From positions 1 through 34,725 of the forward strand of contig CAJVPI010000336.1 in NCBI GenBank assembly GCA_910592345.1: a DNA stretch of 34,725 bases. Reading direction: 5' to 3'. Of the stretch, positions 11,058-23,388 are shown piece by piece. Under the pieces are notes generated by a model. It saw only the letters and a list, made by a program, of their open reading frames with translations. It made no database searches and was not told where the DNA came from. The first letter of the stretch is position 1, and each line of letters begins with the position of its first letter. The translations under genes and the position numbers were made by a program. This DNA comes from Paraglomus brasilianum (Eukaryota).

Positions 11058-12167
11058 ATGACTGCGCATCGACCGTCCAACACACAACATCCTCATTCAC
11101 ACTCGGGCGATGACATGCTGAAGCGAAAGAGAGGTCCAATCAACAAACGCGCATGCGAGAGATGCCGTGCTGGTAAAGTTCGCTGCGACGGGAATGCAGA
11201 GCTACAGACGCCTTGTTCCAATTGTATACCAGATCAATGTACTTACGACCAATCTCCCAGAAAAAACAAACAGCTTGAACAGATGAAACTCAAACTAGAC
11301 AACACTGAACGTAATTTAATGGCGAAAAAGAGACAGAACGATGATCAATTTAGAACCATAGAAGTCTTGCAGCTTGAGAAAAAAGTCATGGGAATGTTAA
11401 TTGAGCCAGCTAATCTGTATCCCAAGGACAGGGAAATTTTTCAGACTCTGCACAAAGCAGTTAGCGAATCGAGAGTTTTTGAGAATATTCTGTTTCTAAT
11501 TGAAGAGTGTCTAGGACGATTGAACAAACCGGGTGAGGATTACAGTGCAGTGATCGATTCTCTCAAACATGTAGCTAGTGCCACTGCTAATCTACCAGAA
11601 CAAGTAAGCATCGATGTAGCGCTTGGTAAGCGTACCGAGTACGCTGGCATTGCGGCCGACATTGACTTGAGTTATCACAATCACCTGAAAAGAAGTGACC
11701 AAAGAAGTGACCAGAGAAGTGACCAAAGAAGCACGATTCAATTTCGTATTTCAAGCTCGGATGAAAGCAAGAAAGAGCCAACTGGCAACATTGATCAGGG
11801 TGTAATCCTAAACCCTTTGAGTCTCAGCAGAAGCATGGACACTTTACCCGGTAATATTAATGCAATGAGCATAGACACGGTGGTATCGCCCGCAGAAATC
11901 ATGTCAGAACAGTCACCGTCAGATTGCTGCACACCGTCACCGCAGACCAGTTACCCGTTTTTGAGCCATTCGCCATGTCTCTCTTCGCCTTCTTCTGACA
12001 GTTCAGTGATTTCCCCTATCGAGCTACTCTCAAACGTGGACAATAATAAATTCTATCCTCAAACTTCATATCTCAGTGCGTCATATCAATCATCCGGATC
12101 TTCTACTAGCGCCGTAGAATACGACCCTTGGATTTACACCAATGATGCGTACATAACATTTAGTTAA
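11058..12167 (+). CDS. Intronless Zn(II)2Cys6 (GAL4-like) transcription factor, 369 aa
   Basis: KRKRGPINKRACERCRAGKVRCDGNAELQTPCSNCIPDQC cluster, then a heptad-like coiled coil (LEQMKLKLDNTERNL) and a Ser/Pro-rich C-terminus with an aromatic/acidic tail. A T-rich 3' region follows, with AATAAA at 12481. Confidence 0.93.
   Translation: MTAHRPSNTQHPHSHSGDDMLKRKRGPINKRACERCRAGKVRCDGNAELQTPCSNCIPDQCTYDQSPRKNKQLEQMKLKLDNTERNLMAKKRQNDDQFRTIEVLQLEKKVMGMLIEPANLYPKDREIFQTLHKAVSESRVFENILFLIEECLGRLNKPGEDYSAVIDSLKHVASATANLPEQVSIDVALGKRTEYAGIAADIDLSYHNHLKRSDQRSDQRSDQRSTIQFRISSSDESKKEPTGNIDQGVILNPLSLSRSMDTLPGNINAMSIDTVVSPAEIMSEQSPSDCCTPSPQTSYPFLSHSPCLSSPSSDSSVISPIELLSNVDNNKFYPQTSYLSASYQSSGSSTSAVEYDPWIYTNDAYITFS
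11691..11732 (+). repeat. In-frame 12-bp tandem repeat (RSDQ x3.5)
   Basis: agaagtgaccaa agaagtgaccag agaagtgaccaa agaagc. Confidence 0.9.
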
Positions 12168-13497
12168 TCGGAATCGAGGGGGGTTTTTTTGGGAGTTTTT
12201 TTTAAACATAATTACTTTGACTATTGATGATTCAAGGATATTTAATATTTTATTTATTTCTTATATATTCAATCCAAAACGGACACTTTTGTTTTGTATG
12301 TGTTAATATTTATATTTTATATACGTATATATGAACTTATTTATGGCTATGGTTGTATTCTTCTTCTTTTTTTTTTGTATGCATGTATTTTACGATGGTT
12401 GTTTTTTTTCGCAGTCTTTTTTTTTTGTATGATTAGAATCCTTTACCTTCCCGTCCTCCTTACAAGAGGAATCACTTGTAAATAAAAGTATTGATTTGGA
12501 TGTTCTAGAACAAATGTAAACGAACCGAGTAGTCTGAGGAGAAGGTGTGAGATTATGTAAATAAATGCCAAGTATCAGTTATTTCTCTGTGTTGTTGTCG
12601 ATCTGTGTGATTGTACGCTAACAATTATTATCACATTTTTTGACCTAGTTCCCTACAGTCTTAATTAGGCTAAATTCCCCATTCAACGTTTGTCTGCATT
12701 CTTTTCTTACCTGTTAATTGCGGTTTGTTACATAACATACATGGGATGTGTAACTGACGATTACGTATATGGATGGATGTTAAATGAGGACTAATAATTA
12801 TTAATAACGTGTGTGACTGTTTGCTTTCAAAAATTACCATAAAGGGACCTCTACACCCCTTTCATTGTCGTAGATTTCCTTTTTCTTTTCATATCCTTCC
12901 TTTGCACTTTATGGTATATTACTGGTTCATTTATTGCGTTATACATTATCCTGCATAATCTCGAGGCGGAAGCTGACTGGATGGCATAGAAATAATACTA
13001 GATATGATATAACTTTTTGTTTGTGTAATTAGTACCCGATTCTGTGATAAAGAGTTTGAGGTGATACAAATACAGATATAATAGAACAATAGTGATTATA
13101 TCCCCGTTATTAGTATATTTTGCTCCAAACAATGGTTGGCCGTTTGCATACAAGACAGTCCATCCTAACATACTGGTAGATGATCAGACTTTTATCAGAT
13201 AACACGGATCGATGCAAGCATGGTCATTTAGTCAAGTGCAATAATATTGTATGCTTGGTACTATAGTCCATGTATGCCACAGTTCAAGTACATCTTTCTA
13301 ATAACAAGGTTTGTCTTTCGCAATAGTAATAGGCGGACAAAGTGTAAATCTGATCAAAGATTATCTTTCGAGTCTTGGCTATATTTGGCAATGGGAAACT
13401 TAAATAAAAGGCTACTCCCGAAGTAAATGGAACACCCAAATCTTTCATCGTAATATTCCTATATTTGTCAAACACTTAAGATGTAAATTTATAAGTA

Positions 13498-13774
13498 CCG
13501 TATATACTACCGTGAATAAGCACCACCAAGATTACTTAGATTAACTGCATGACGTACCCCCCACCCGCAGCTCATTATGTAAGTATACAAATAAAAAATT
13601 ATTCACGTTGCTTCTGGTTACTGCAATTACTGTTGTAAGCTACCCCTTAACGTTGTTGTAGATTATACTTTACGTAATAATTTACCGATCATTTTAATAA
13701 TGCCGACAAGAGTTGACGTGAATAAGCCCCCCTCACTATGATAAGGGTGGGTGCTTATTCACGGTAGTATACGG
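13498..13774. mobile_element. 277-bp pogo/mariner-type MITE with CCGTA termini and TA target duplication
   Basis: TA|ccgtatatactaccgtgaataagcacc ... ggtgcttattcacggtagtatacgg|TA, identical except for a 2-bp indel. An internal copy of cgtgaataagc lies at 13717. Confidence 0.9.
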
Positions 13775-14269
13775 TATATCTAAATTTGTCTTCATTAAAG
13801 TTAAAAAAGGTTAAATGTTTTCTAAGCGTTTGCTTATAAATACAAAAAGTTGCTTTCTCAGAAAGGCATAACTATTGTCATATCGATTCACACAATTATG
13901 TTCACATTACGTATTTGTCGCCTCTTTACGTCGAGGGTGCTACACAGCGTACATAATACAATTCATGTAAAACTACTTAACAATTACACTAAAAATTTGT
14001 GTGCCGTTCGGGCTTGGTTGAGTAAAATTTCGCTGTGCGAGATCATTGTCCACATGACTTGGTATCCGAAAAGCTCAACTTTGTTTGACGCGATCGAATT
14101 TGATACTTGCCAGAATGCGATTACCGATCAAGAAGGTCATGTCAATTGAAATTATTATTTGCTCTTTTTGTCGATTAAAGTCCTAGTAACTATTATTTAC
14201 TGTATCTCTCGTTGCACACTACTATAACTAATCTACTGTTATAAATGGATTAATAGTTACCAGTAAATG

Positions 14270-14392
14270 TTGTACTTTAGTTCGGGACCTATCAGTCTAG
14301 ACTCGGTTATCTCAGTCCAGAACTCAGGTGTCTCAGTCCAGAACCCAGTCATCTCAATCCAGAACTGAGACAGGACCCAAACTGTGGTACAA
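14270..14392 (+). mobile_element. Short TIR element, family X copy A, with 21-bp internal tandem units
   Basis: ttgtactttagttcgggacct ... gaactgagacaggacccaaactgtggtacaa. Units of tctcagtccagaac(t/c)cag start at 14310, 14331 and 14352. Homologous to 16886-16958 and 34373-34452. Confidence 0.75.
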
Positions 14393-14797
14393 AAAAATAT
14401 GAATATGGAGACATACACGGCGCAATAAAACCTATATGTTGAAACAAATGGAGCATGCGGTCTATACGTTATAAAATTGGTGTCAGTGTTTCCAAACAAA
14501 TCCCTCTTAGAGCAACACTTGTGCACTTATTATCAGTTAAGAAGTAATTCGAACGCGGACTTTACCCATTGCCTGTTGGGAATAAATATTGTACTGTACC
14601 TAATACGCTAGGGTATAACTTATGTCAATAGTAATTTAAAAACATGGAGTTAATATACTTGAGAATTTTCTTCGCTTCTTGAAGAAGAACGCATAATCTG
14701 TTAAGTGATTTATTAGAAGAGATGCTCTGATTCTAATCTGATAATGTCTTGTTACTTGAAATTCTACGATTCTATTTGAGCACTCTTATATTACTGA

Positions 14798-15246
14798 CAT
14801 ACTGGCCAAAAGTATTGGTCGCGCATTGAAATTACTAGTAACATAGTAAAAACCTTTAATTTTGAAAATATCTATCGTCAATACGTACTATGTAAGTCGC
14901 AGTGATTTTTGTACCGTTTTGAATGTATTTTTCGAAAAAAATAGTGTAGAACTTAAATTATCTACTGTAATGAAGAAGTAGTCCATGAAGTGGCGTATTT
15001 ATCTTACACATATGATTTTCATACGGTTTCATATGTGCAACATGAATACGCCACTTTATCGAACTGCTTTAGAACGATAACAGGGCTGAATATATATTAA
15101 AAAATACAATCAATTAGCTTCAAAACGGTGCAAAAATCATTGCAACTTGGATAGTACGCATGGACGATAGAGATTTCAAAAATTAAAGGGTTTACTACGT
15201 TTTACTAGTAAATTTCAATAAATGACCAATACTTTTGGCCAGTATG
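14798..15246. mobile_element. 449-bp Tc1-type foldback MITE with ~125-bp imperfect TIRs
   Basis: catactggccaaaagtattggtc at the left end is the exact reverse complement of gaccaatacttttggccagtatg at the right end. Inverted similarity continues to ...gatttttgtaccgttttgaa / ttcaaaacggtgcaaaaatc.... The right flank is TA and the left flank is GA. Confidence 0.92.
14976..15069. repeat. Nested ~94-bp imperfect palindrome inside the foldback MITE
   Basis: aagtagtccatgaagtggcgtatt..cacatatga pairs with tcatatgtg..aatacgccactttatcgaactgctt. Confidence 0.75.
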
Positions 15247-15587
15247 TATGCAGAGTACGTGTATAAGTTATTACCAGTCAAACCGGTTGTACCTTTACAT
15301 TCTCTCTGCAAAATTCATAATTGCTATTGGAATATTTGCCAGATTAGGATTGATATCTAATCTCATACTTAGGAGTAGTATGACACTAGAAAGCTTATTA
15401 AACAACATTAATAGCATAAGTCGAATAACGAGAAAAAACTTCGTATTTTGCTAAAGTTTACTGAGTTATAATAATACAGAATATGTGTTTTATCGTTCAC
15501 AATAATAATTTAACCCTTGTAAATATTAATACTAGATAGGAAAAATTTTTATCATGCAGGAGCATAATTGAAATCTAAAACTTTAAT

Positions 15588-15613
15588 TTGTTGTTGTTGT
15601 TGTTGTTGTTGTT
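15588..15613 (+). repeat. (TTG)n microsatellite
   Basis: About 8 tandem TTG units. Confidence 0.9.
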
Positions 15614-16162
15614 TTTCACAGACTCATTAAGTACGAATTTATGGTATTTTAATAAAAAAAATTTTTTTATGATTCTACTTCACGACTTGAGTTTAGCTTC
15701 GGTGGCATAGCACCCATGTTAGAAATTCAGGCAAGACTGGCTCTGTAACAGGAGCTATTTGCGGTAAGTAGTGTATATCATTAAATAATATAGACCATTT
15801 AATGTCTTCGGATTTCAAACCGTTTGCAACATATAATTGTACTATGTAATTTCTCAAAACTTTTTTAAACCAGATAATAGCTTTGAAAATTTTTTACCTG
15901 CATCTCAAAATAAGATATGAATTTTCCTATTATATTACTACTACCAGCAATATTTGTCGCAAACAAGCTTTATAATAAATCAAGTATGGTTGGTCGTCAA
16001 TTACTATTATAATCTGGCCACTACAGTAGCCTTTAATTTAATATTCCAAGACATTGTCTTGAACCTACATTATTATCACATATTTTACTCAAGTTATAGA
16101 CTATAGGTTTATTATGTGATAATTATGTTATTAATTTTGTACATTCTGAATAATTATTATTA

Positions 16163-16701
16163 CAGTCCTGGTCAAAAGTAATAACGGGGTAACTTGGTTT
16201 GTCGTTGTTCAACGTGTAATATAATAATTTTTCTAATATTACTGAAAAACCTAAATAAACATGTACTTTCGGTGCGTTGCAAAAAACAAAATTTGTAAAA
16301 GTTTGATAGTAGCAAATTTGGGGTAATTTTCTATCTGTTAAAATATTAGAAATATTTCAGTATTCTCAATAACGAATGAATGAATTTTGATAATTATAGC
16401 TTTATTAAATTGATCATGATGCAACAAACAGTTTGATAGTTTTCCTATTTCGATTTACACATTATATGTTAAGGTATAAAAGTTATTAAAATTTTCTTCA
16501 ATTCTTAAAGGCAAAGTTAGTAGTACCAGCAACTCAAACAACTGCACTTAAATTGACAACAAAAGTGTATTACATTATAATCTTTTCAAAATTCAGACAC
16601 TTGCTTATAAACATTGGAAAATAAAATTTTTTGTGTAGTTATTATGCCTGTTTTTGTCTTATTTAAAAAGAATTCTCCGCCATTACTTTTGACCAGGACT
16701 G
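16163..16701. mobile_element. 539-bp Tc1/mariner MITE with perfect 20-bp TIR and TA target duplication
   Basis: TA|cagtcctggtcaaaagtaat ... attacttttgaccaggactg|TA. The CAGT terminus is typical of Tc1-family elements. Confidence 0.93.
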
Positions 16702-16885
16702 TAAAACAAAGCTTGGACTTTTAATCGATTAATACGGAGAGTTATGGTTTTACAACTTTAGTCAAAGCGATTGTTTTATCTTATATGTTATTTGTCCCGA
16801 AAAACGGATTGTTATAAAGCTGTACTCGTTGAACCGGACTATTGAGTACATATCACAAACTATGAAAAAGATTTGCATATATATG

Positions 16886-16958
16886 TTGTACCTCGTTTGG
16901 GGATCTGTTATGGACCGAGACAACTGAGTTCCGAGACAGGTCCCGAACTCAGACACAA
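16886..16958 (-). mobile_element. Short TIR element, family X copy B (inverted relative to A and C)
   Basis: Its reverse complement begins ttgtgtctgagttcgggacctgtctc, 25/26 identical to 34373-34398, and ends ccccaaacgaggtacaa. It is flanked by TATA on both sides if extended to 16884-16960. Confidence 0.75.
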
Positions 16959-18759
16959 CATATATAAATATTACACTATTTTTTTATATTCTCAAAGTTA
17001 GCGAAAGGTTTATTTTTTATATAAAATATGTCACGTGATATACTCGTATCGATTTCAGGAACGTGCTAAGAAAAAATTAACCACAATATTATTTGGTCTT
17101 TAGTGTGCAAATCGGTTCAGAAAATGCGTACCCTTAACCGTTGTTGGCTGTATTTTAACCTTTTTTCGAGCAAACTCTAGACCTCATGCTCCGAATGGCT
17201 TTTTCGTTTTTGATGGATTGTTTTAATTGAGAATCTGACAACCGGGGCTAGCTGTTGCAGCTTTAGCTCGCATGGTGTCAAAACCCAATTCTCATGTTGC
17301 CAAAAATTTCTGCTGATTTCTCCAAAAATATTCGTAATTTATTATCTTCAGCTTGAACGGTAAGGAAATATCATGCAATTGTAAACACAACGTCAAGCGT
17401 ACACTTCTATCAGTCAAAATGTTCTTATCGCTAAATCGATTTCCCTTTTAATTGCAAAAGTAATAGTAAATTCCACGTGATAATTTGATGGAGAGTGCGT
17501 GTACATTTCGTATACTAGCACCTGGTTGACATCAAATGTTTGACATGTGTGATTAAAAGCTACTTCTCCGAATGCTTAGTCCTCTGAATCAATGGTCTGC
17601 CGGTGCTTTCGAAATGTTCAGTCCATAAAGTACAGTGTGCATTTATTAATGAAGATAGGAGTAACTTATAATCTTAGGCACCGCTCTTGTTCTAATGACG
17701 CAGATAAGACTTACTGTGTGTTGATTAATTAGAATTATTGTTTCGAAAAATATTTGAATACATACAAGTAGAATTTTGTGTATAATTTTAGTAACGTAAA
17801 CTAACTGTAATAATAGAAACCTCAAATACCTGATGTATTATCTTGTATATGTCTGGCTCGTATAGCGACGAATGTATGAATGCCTTTATAAGAATTGCAA
17901 AGCTGATTAATGCCGTAGCCATTTAACACTCTATCTGATATATAACTCATAGCCGCAAAGTAGATACAACACAGCCTAAATGTCTTAGTTAAACAAATCA
18001 AATACTAACGTATACACTCTGTAAATGAATTGCATGATTACCGATTCGATAACTTGTTTGACTTTTTTAACAAGAACGCTTGACGGATTGAACGGTACCT
18101 CAAGTTAATTGCGACTCATCTTCTTTACTTGCGGATTGCAGAACGGAAAGCTATTCAAATTTCAATGGTGATTTCTACCAATAGAAAATTTCTTCCGTTA
18201 TGGTTAAGGTTTAGGGTATTCTTTATGTTTGTTCAACAATTCTACAACTGACTCCGACATGTTGGAAATTTTCATTTTCTATTGAACTTACGAGAGAGTA
18301 ATAATACTATTCTGTCTCTTTTCGAACTTGACTTTCAGTCTGATAACTTATCTGATATCGTCCTGCCAATTTAATAAAAAGCCGAGAAAATTTTTTCCAC
18401 GGCAATATCCTAGTTTAAATATACAACATTGTCATTACTACTCATACTGTTTTGTCAGCTCATCAGGGGCCCCACATAGTGGTACCATTTCTTTATTTTA
18501 ATTATTTTGACGTTACAGGCTACTGAATCAGGGTATTCACCAATAAATGATCTTTCTCGGAGAACACATGCCCTTACGTTGAACCTTTTACTCAAGACTA
18601 AGTGAATAATAAAACCTAAAAAAAAATTTTTTTTATAAAGTTGCTTAGTAACTGGCTCAACATCTGCAATCATAGTTGTACATCGTGTCAGATAGTAGTA
18701 CTGATATTCGGCAGATCCCAAACATTAATGTCCGTTGAGCATATATTAACATTGTCTAG

Positions 18760-18950
18760 CTGCAATAATATCGTGTAAATTCGGAAGAGACCATTTTGAT
18801 TCTTGTAAACAAGCTACAAATACAAAGGTTATGTATCCGGCTAAATATCGCGAACGGTTATGGTTTCAGCAATTAAAAGGCGTCGCGGAGATTAATCTAA
18901 CTGAATTAGGTCGAGAAGAGTTATCTACTGCATGGTATGATGTAAACTTG
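18760..18950 (+). pseudogene. Exon-like fragment resembling a C2 domain
   Basis: Bounded by TAG (18757-18759) and GTAATT (18951). The open frame reads AIISCKFGRDHFDSCKQATNTKVMYPAKYRERLWFQQLKGVAEINLTELGREELSTAWYDVNL; the G-x-A-x-I-x-L-x-x-L...W-Y pattern matches the last strands of C2 domains by eye. Confidence 0.35.
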
Positions 18951-21900
18951 GTAATTTAACTTTTAACCACTTGCACACTTGCAATTGTTGTCTGGGGAAA
19001 AAAGGGAGGAAAAAAAAAAAAAAGAGAAAAGCTTTGTGGAGAAATATTTGCTTGAATGGCATGTGAATTTCGACAATATATAGGCGTTTTGGTAAGACAA
19101 TGAAATGGATTTTTCGGGAACAATGAGATTAGAAGATGCAGTGTCTATATTTACAAACTATAAATTTTAACAGACAATTTTTATTGCAATCGTAAAATAA
19201 TGCACGACGCTAATTGTTTTCCGCCATTGCCGCTGCCGTGCGAATGTCTCCTGATAAAATGTATGTTCAAATTTGTCAAGAATGGTTGAACGGACATCTA
19301 CAGAGTGTCGTATATCGCGCCTTAAAAGGATGCCCCCCTGAATTCTATACCGACTATTTACACAGACGTATTTTATACGTTGGAATGAGCTTTTTTTTTC
19401 TTGTGCATGTCAATTGTCATGTATCTTTCAGTCATACTCGGCGCCCATATGCTCGCGTATATTGTTTGTCAATTTTTCTATATTCTTTACCCATTTCTTT
19501 ATTGTATAACGAACTTACGTAATAGTGCTTTCTCGTATTCTCACCATTCTGATTATAATGACATTCTCCTATTGGAAAAAAGGTTACACCAACAAAAAAT
19601 TTCACGCATAAATACAGATAATGTCATATGACTGGACTCCAGGGCACACATACAATGATGATGTGAGCAAATTAATATACAATTAATATTTTCTACTCGC
19701 ATCATTATTAACTGCTATATATAATTTATACTATTTAAATAGTTTGTTCATGCATATATTTGTGATCAAATCAGGGAAAGGAACCTTGCCATTGGCATTC
19801 ATTATTTATGCATTCATTATTCCGTTTGTTATACCGGTGTACAGTAACCATGCCCGATATTTCAGAGAGCATATGAGAGACCGACCACTCTCTCCTCACA
19901 TAGAATGCTCGTTCTCTCTTAATAACTACAAATACAGCGTTTCTGTTGCATTTTTATTTGACTACTTATGTAAGGAGCAACGAGATTTTCGGATGGGCGT
20001 TCTGTTTAAGCATTACTCGGCAGAAAAAGAATTTGATTCTTTGTTCAGTTGCAGCTATTCTCATAAGCTATGGCTTAGCATTTATCGTGATACTAGCAAA
20101 TAGCAGAGTAAATTTAGTTGTCAACAATGTGCGAGAACCGTTTTAGAACAATGTTTACAAGTTGTTTGAGGGGAAAAAAATTTTTTTTTTCCTTGTCTTT
20201 ACCGATTACTTGTATAAAGTATAGTTTAGCGTATTCGAGTGTTTCAACAAGTTATATTTCCCATGTCTTGTGGATAAACGTTTTAGTATTTGTTAGGATA
20301 TTAATATAGGATAACATATACAGAGTTATTATCACATATTGATACATATACCATATACATATTGATATACATACATATATATATTGTGCATAATACACAT
20401 ATCACTAATTGTGTTGACTTGACGTACATTGCTAATCGCCGAATATGATGGCAGATTTCAGTCAAAGATAGAATACTTCCTCTTTTAGTATCCATCATTT
20501 AAGCTTACATGCACGCCACGAGTTGTCAAGCATAGTTCTAAGATAACTAACTAGTTACTTTAATGACACGATTACTACACTAAATATACATTGGCCTGTG
20601 AACTTATTTTCGCTTTAATTGATCCCAGAGACTTTTTCGTTGCTTTACATTTCAATATACATGTTTTCAATAGAATATAACGATACACATGATTACTCCT
20701 TGCTTCAGCAACAAAATCACATGAATTGACTATTCATATAATATTAGTATCCCAGTAATCAATTGAGGCTTTATTGTGCAGAGACAAAGTAAACAAGTAT
20801 GCTTCTTGAAGGTCTATCATGTGATAATATTGCAAAGGTCCAAGAGATAAAAGACACCCAACGGACGCCGAGAACATTCAGGCAACAAACATTTTCATCT
20901 CTATTCCACACCTTCCTCTCCCCCAACCTATCGGCCACTCTCAACCCCCGCTCTCTCAATAACCTGCGAGTGTGCTGCTCTATATCACAACGTATTCACG
21001 AACTCAGTTGCCACCGCAACACCACAACATTACAAAAAAAAAACATTTATATGAATGACAATGCTCCTGAAACGGCGTTTTCCCTCCCAACAGCAATTTA
21101 TTCCCACTGCCAAGTGCAGTATGACTCTACTCGTTATGTTATATCATCAGAGAATACAAAACCCATGAACATACTTTGAGCGACCATACCGCTCTTTATC
21201 CAACAATAATATGCAAAATATATAAATCAAGAAAAAGTGCTAATAAGGATCAACAAATGTTTAACCAAGGCCAAGCGAGCTTGTCGGCGTGTGATTGAAG
21301 AATGTCTAAACAAAATCACATCAGAAATCTTTTTTTTTTTCTCGTGCTTGAACGGCTATGTTATTTTAAATTGAATGTTAGAGAGTTGGGTGTGTGAAAC
21401 AAGACAATTGATGTGAGTGAAAAGTGAGTGAGCAATATCAGAATGAGAGGAGGGTGAATAGATAGAGATAGAGAGAGAGAGTTGTATATAATAGAGGAGG
21501 CTGGAGTTGGGTGATGACATGTATCTATAAGAGATATGATAAATTCTTAACATCATTGGTAAAATAGATTGTTCTCAGATATCGAAAAAAGAAAAAGAAA
21601 AAAAAAAATAGAATAAAGAAAAAGATTTTGGATAAAGGAGAAAGTGTTCATAATCAAATATAACCTTAATGCAAATCATAATACGTCTAAAGCATATATA
21701 TACACATATATGAAATTCTTATTTTCATCGCTATAACGTAACATATCACTAACCAAATGTTGTTTGAATAGCTAAAAAAAAAAAGAAGAGCCATTTGAGC
21801 AACAATATACGTACGCAGTCGTGTGAATACTGTCAGATAAGCTTCTAATCTTCCTTACTTCTTCATACATTCCTACATTCCTCAAGTCATACACATATTT

Positions 21901-22321
21901 CATATTAAAAAGACCCAGGATCATTTTCGAGTGGGGAAATGAAAAAAAGTTCATTAAACATGTTATTCCCCCCACCGATCTAGCTTAATTTGAGTTTTTG
22001 TGGCAATGAGCACAGATTCTGCATTCGGACAAATAGGGAAATGGGTAACAGAAATTTCAAGGTTAATAAACACTATCTACAACGAGAAGCAATTGGATTA
22101 ATATACAACTACGGCAATATACATTCTATGCTAATAATAATAACTGTCCCCAATTATCATTATCTTACTTTGAATTACCTGCGTGTAATGAAGAATTATC
22201 ATAAAAGATCGTCCAAAGCGTATAACATCAAAAAACTCCTCTTTTTTTTTTTTTTTTTACTTGCGTGGCCATCATATTCAATATCCTTTTTTCTGCATCT
22301 CTCTATCTCTATAATTTCCCT

Positions 22322-23347
22322 CTATATCCCCCAAGACCACTGCTGATTATGCGTCGCTTTAATGCTATCCTGCCCATGATGACCTTGCCCATGTCCATGA
22401 GAATGGCTATGAACATGGTGATGTTGTTGCTCACTTCCATGTTGCACCATAACATCCTCGTCCCTGCTTGCTTGATTCCCTGGACCAAGAATGACAGATA
22501 CTCCATCCGAGATCATACTAGACCCACTTCCACCGCTCTCTCCGCCCATCTGAGACATTTCATTTAACGGCATACTAGACGTTAATTCAGATTGAGACGA
22601 TACTCCTACGTTAAAGTTGTAGGTTTGGTTCATACCCATATTCACATGCGGAGTAGTTGGCGTAGTTGAACTAGAAGAAGAAGAATAGTACATGCGGCGA
22701 GTAGGAGACTGCTGACTATGGCTGCTGGGAGCCTGCGGAGATAGAGCTTGCGGAGATGAAGATGTCTGAGACGGTTGTATCAGAGGTAGGCGCTGGTGAT
22801 ATATCTGCTGAAAGCCCATTGACGGCAATACGGGAAGATTAGTATTGGACGCAAGCGGTGGAAGAGATGTATTCGGCGATGTCAAATTACTTCCTGGTAT
22901 CGATGCATTCCTGATGAACGTCATTGGTGTTCGTTCAGACATCCAATTCGTCGCATCCATCAACGTAGATTCATTTGGCGATGAAAGTGTCTGAGGATCA
23001 GTTTGAGGCATTGAAGATTGCGACTGATGTTGAATATGATATGGATACGTAGCATAATTAGCTGCTGACCATTGGGTCTGAGCCGTAGAGTGATAAAGAG
23101 GAAGATTGGATGATACCGTTGATGTCGGAGAAGTATTTAATGATAGATTAGGTGCATCTCTTCGAAACTGTTGATGTTGAGAAGGATAATGAGTGTAGGA
23201 CGAGGGTGGTGTTGATTCGTTAACCGCAGACGTTGAAGGATCAATCGGCGGGTGACTGGATGTTGAAGCAGAGAACATCTTTTGAGGTTGAAAGCTGGAC
23301 GGAACAGATGGAGATCTCTGTTGCTGCTGCTGCTGCTGCTGCTGTTC

Positions 23348-23388
<41 letters not shown>

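Noticed and set aside
14257..14526. ORF with FWTE-type peptide repeats; the 21-bp units considered as CRISPR-like
   Set aside because: It is a translation of a tandem minisatellite. There are no unique spacers, no cas genes, and the context is eukaryotic.
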